A stretch of DNA of 64,000 nt, taken from contig CBFIDD010000001.1 in NCBI GenBank assembly GCA_965661285.1, positions 511,395-575,394 on the forward strand, written 5' to 3'. Source of the DNA: Poseidonia sp. Its GTDB lineage: Archaea; Thermoplasmatota; Poseidoniia; Poseidoniales; Poseidoniaceae. The notes beneath the pieces are model-generated. The model ran no database searches. It worked only from the letters and a program-made list of their open reading frames with translations, and was not told the DNA's origin. Below are positions 61,438 to 64,000 of the stretch, piece after piece. Made by a program: the position numbers and the translations under genes. Each line of letters starts with the position of its first letter. The first letter of the stretch is position 1.

Positions 61438-64000
61438 TCACGCATAGACAACGGCCGGTGAGAGCGGCATGGCTGAGCCTGCTCGTCCGGTATCGTCAAC
61501 ATCGCTTTCCCCCACCACGACCTTGACCTCGTTCAGTTGAAGTTCATCCGCGATGAACGATGCGGCCGCGATGAGAACCGCTTCCTCGTCCAAAGCCGAA
61601 GCGATGACGCTGCGAGATGCATCGTCCCACTTGAAGATCTGTGGAAGCATTTTCTTGCCCCAGAAGCCCATCATCTCACCCTTCCGTTCGCCTTGGGCCA
61701 TTGGCATGGCTTGAAGCACTGGGATGAATTGTTTGGGATGACCGCCCTCGCCAATAAAGGAGAGGGCTGCGGTCGCCATTTCCCGCTTCCATTCGGGTGA
61801 AACCACGAACGTGGCAGCGGTGGCAGGACCGCCCAAATGACGCTCAGCGACAACGCGAACTTTTCGTGCTTGATCGAGGATATCTCGGATGTATTGCTCG
61901 CCGGAAAGCAGCAAATGTTGTGCTTCGGACACCGGTTCGGGAAGCGTCATGATGCTCCCTGCAGCCAAGCCAGAAGTTGATGAGAACGTAGCCCACCACT
62001 CTTCGGCGAGGTGAGGCGTGGAGACGGAGACCATCTGTGCCCACAACGGCAGCCATTTTTCAGCAACCGCGACATGACCACCGCCTCGGCGTACGTACCA
62101 GTTGATGTCCTTGATGACCTCATAATGAGACAGTTCAACCGCTCGGCGAAGGTCGTAGGTGTTCATGGCCTCGTTGAACTCATGGAGACGCTGGGTAAAC
62201 CGTGCCTCGAGCCAGTCGTCCATATCCGAAGGGCCGTTTGTCCACGCCATGAGTTGCTCGGGCATCCCACGCATTTGCAACATGACGCGATGATTGGCGT
62301 CGAGCGCAGCGTCCGACCAATCCATACTTGCTGTAGGGTTGGCGGCGAAGAGAATGAACAGCCGTACGGTATCTGCACCGTAGCGTTCAATCATCTCTTC
62401 GGGTGATACGGTGTTGCCAAGCGACTTGCTCATCTTGGCGGAGCGCGAGCCCAACTCACCATCGCAGTGAGGGCACGGCGAACCCCTGTGGGCCGTTGAG
62501 AGGGTGACACCGCAGGATGCGCAGAAGGGCGCCGATTTGTTGACCATGCCCTGGCAAAGGAGTTCGTTAAACGGCTCGTCGACGGTGGTAAGGCCGAGGT
62601 CTCTCAGGGCTTTGGTCATGAAGCGAGCGTAGATGAGGTGCATTTGCGCATGCTCAATACCGCCGCAATAAAAGTCGACTTGCATCCAGTGGTCAGCCAC
62701 GTGCTTCGCAAAGGGTTGGTCGTCGTTGAGGGCGTCGGTGTAGCGCAGGAAATACCAGGACGAATCCATGAACGTGTCCATGGTATCGGTTTCCCGTCGG
62801 GCATCATCGCCGCAGGTCGGACAAGCCACATTGAGGAAGGTTTCCGATGTCTCCAACGGATTGCCGTGGCCGAACACAACGTCGCGAGGGAGTTCAACGG
62901 GCAAATCCTTCTCCGGTACGGGCACCACGCCGCACGAGGGACAGTGAATGGCTGGAATGGGGGTTCCCCAGTACCGCTGACGAGAGATCAGCCACGGCCG
63001 AATCTTCCAGTTGATGGTTTGCTGCCCACGTCCTTTGGCTTCAAGGGCTTGGCAGACGGCAACCTTCGCTTCTGCACCGTAGAGCCCGTCAAAGCCTTCC
63101 ATTGGACTGTTGACCATCCAGCCGAGGTCAACTTCGGCCTTCTTCATCGGAGCAGCTGCATCCCCTCCTTCAGCCATCACCAGGACGCGTTGAATGGGAA
63201 TATCGTACTGTTGAGCGAAATCAAAATCTCGCTCGTCGTGCGCAGGAACGGCCATCACAGCGCCTGTTCCGTAGGTTGCGATGACGAAATTGCCAAACCA
63301 AATCGGGACCTGCTCGCCGGTCAGAGGATGAACGGCGTAGCGTCCGGAGAACACGCCTTTCTTCTTGTTCATGTTCTTGATGCGGTCAAACTCCGAGGCG
63401 ACCGCCACTTCGTCGTGCAGTGCACGCCAAGCCGCTTCGTGCTCCGTGCCCTTGACCAAGGATTCGGCGAGGGGGTGTTCGGGGGCGAGCGTGACGAAGG
63501 TCGCTCCGAACAGCGTGTCCGGGCGCGTGGTGAAGACTTCGATGTCAGCCTCATCATCGACGATGCCAAACAGAATGTTGGCACCCTCTGACCGACCAAG
63601 CCAGTCCTGCTGGAGTGATTTGACGTTCTCGGGGAACTCGATGGCTTCGAGGCCGTCCTGAAGTTCTTGAGCGTAGGCTGGAAGATTGAGGAACCACTGG
63701 CTCATTTCCTTTTGCAAGACCGGGCCGTTGCATCGCCAGCAGCGTCCCGCTTTCACCTGCTCGTTGGCCAGTACGGTGACGCAGGAGGTGCACCAGTTCA
63801 CCGGCGCATGTTGGCGTGTGGCAAGGCCGCTTTCCATGAATTTCGTGAAGAACCACTGGTTCCACTTGTAGTACCTGGGGTCGTGGCTCTTGAGGGTTCG
63901 ACGCCAATCATAGGAGAACCCCATGCGCTTGATTTGGGAGGTGATGGATTCCATGTTCCGCTCGGTGATGTCGTGGGGGTGGCCACCTTCGGAAATGGCT
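61438..64000 (-). CDS. leuS: leucyl-tRNA synthetase, archaeal type (5' end beyond window)
   Basis: KMSKS (SAKMSKSLGNTVSPEEM), CP1 editing and anticodon-binding regions present. The frame stays open upstream of the listed ATG 63954 to the window end (translates ...EGGHPHDITERNMESITSQIKRMGFSYDW, matching the LeuRS region after the HIGH motif), so the N-terminal ~130 aa lie outside the window. Confidence 0.9.
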   Translation of the reverse strand, partial: AISEGGHPHDITERNMESITSQIKRMGFSYDWRRTLKSHDPRYYKWNQWFFTKFMESGLATRQHAPVNWCTSCVTVLANEQVKAGRCWRCNGPVLQKEMSQWFLNLPAYAQELQDGLEAIEFPENVKSLQQDWLGRSEGANILFGIVDDEADIEVFTTRPDTLFGATFVTLAPEHPLAESLVKGTEHEAAWRALHDEVAVASEFDRIKNMNKKKGVFSGRYAVHPLTGEQVPIWFGNFVIATYGTGAVMAVPAHDERDFDFAQQYDIPIQRVLVMAEGGDAAAPMKKAEVDLGWMVNSPMEGFDGLYGAEAKVAVCQALEAKGRGQQTINWKIRPWLISRQRYWGTPIPAIHCPSCGVVPVPEKDLPVELPRDVVFGHGNPLETSETFLNVACPTCGDDARRETDTMDTFMDSSWYFLRYTDALNDDQPFAKHVADHWMQVDFYCGGIEHAQMHLIYARFMTKALRDLGLTTVDEPFNELLCQGMVNKSAPFCASCGVTLSTAHRGSPCPHCDGELGSRSAKMSKSLGNTVSPEEMIERYGADTVRLFILFAANPTASMDWSDAALDANHRVMLQMRGMPEQLMAWTNGPSDMDDWLEARFTQRLHEFNEAMNTYDLRRAVELSHYEVIKDINWYVRRGGGHVAVAEKWLPLWAQMVSVSTPHLAEEWWATFSSTSGLAAGSIMTLPEPVSEAQHLLLSGEQYIRDILDQARKVRVVAERHLGGPATAATFVVSPEWKREMATAALSFIGEGGHPKQFIPVLQAMPMAQGERKGEMMGFWGKKMLPQIFKWDDASRSVIASALDEEAVLIAAASFIADELQLNEVKVVVGESDVDDTGRAGSAMPLSPAVVYA

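Noticed and set aside
63954-64000. ATG at 63954 as the LeuRS start
   Set aside because: The reading frame remains open to the window edge and the upstream translation matches the LeuRS catalytic-domain region following the HIGH motif; the gene is 5'-truncated by the window.
1-64000. CRISPR arrays, rRNA genes, IS elements/transposases, restriction-modification or toxin-antitoxin modules
   Set aside because: No regularly spaced direct repeats, no rRNA-like conserved stretches, no transposase/DDE or IS-like inverted-repeat-bounded ORFs were seen. The SAM methyltransferases present look like RNA methyltransferases rather than DNA MTases; the only recombinase is Xer-like.

Overview
This window is a GC-rich archaeal chromosomal segment (about 60% GC by eye; not computed), densely coding on both strands with roughly 50 genes. 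Archaeal identity rests on DNA polymerase D large subunit (DP2), primase large subunit PriL, Holliday-junction resolvase Hjc, chromatin protein MC1, Sec61-beta, a Sec11-type signal peptidase, the archaeal uS13-uS4-uS11-RpoD(Rpo3) operon, and an archaeal-type LeuRS that runs off the 3' window edge. Predicted proteins are markedly acidic, as in halophiles or marine euryarchaea. The lineage cannot be fixed from sequence alone; bacterial-type PlsC-like and YegS-like lipid genes plus the very large adhesin-like surface proteins suggest a Marine Group II-like or similar uncultured euryarchaeon, as a guess only.

Housekeeping content: Lhr-like helicase, site-2 protease, macro-domain protein, two Lrp/AsnC regulators plus a stand-alone RAM domain, XerA-like tyrosine recombinase, NSUN-family RNA m5C methyltransferase, fused RibD, PyrE-like PRTase, GHMP (pantoate-kinase-like) kinase, and one tRNA-Ser(UGA). 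There is a complete aerobic respiration module (cytochrome c oxidase subunits II, I, III, a small subunit, and a SCO1 copper chaperone).

The most unusual content is two-fold. First, three giant genes (1.7 kaa, 1.76 kaa, 0.9 kaa) encode signal-peptide, single C-terminal-TM (type I) surface proteins carrying PA14, LamG-like, beta-propeller and thrombospondin type-3 Ca-binding repeats, and several surface proteins share short cytoplasmic acidic/aromatic tails. Second, the oxidase module carries unusual fusions: CoxI with an N-terminal secreted domain, CoxIII with His-rich loop insertions, and SCO1 with a Trp-rich tandem-repeat plus Cys-rich extension. A strongly basic Lys/Ala-rich HhH protein (histone-H1-like composition) sits next to MC1 and the recombinase.

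No CRISPR array, rRNA or obvious transposon was seen. The ORF track calls alternative start codons (TTG/GTG) as M, so several starts were re-placed at the nearest plausible ATG and remain uncertain.
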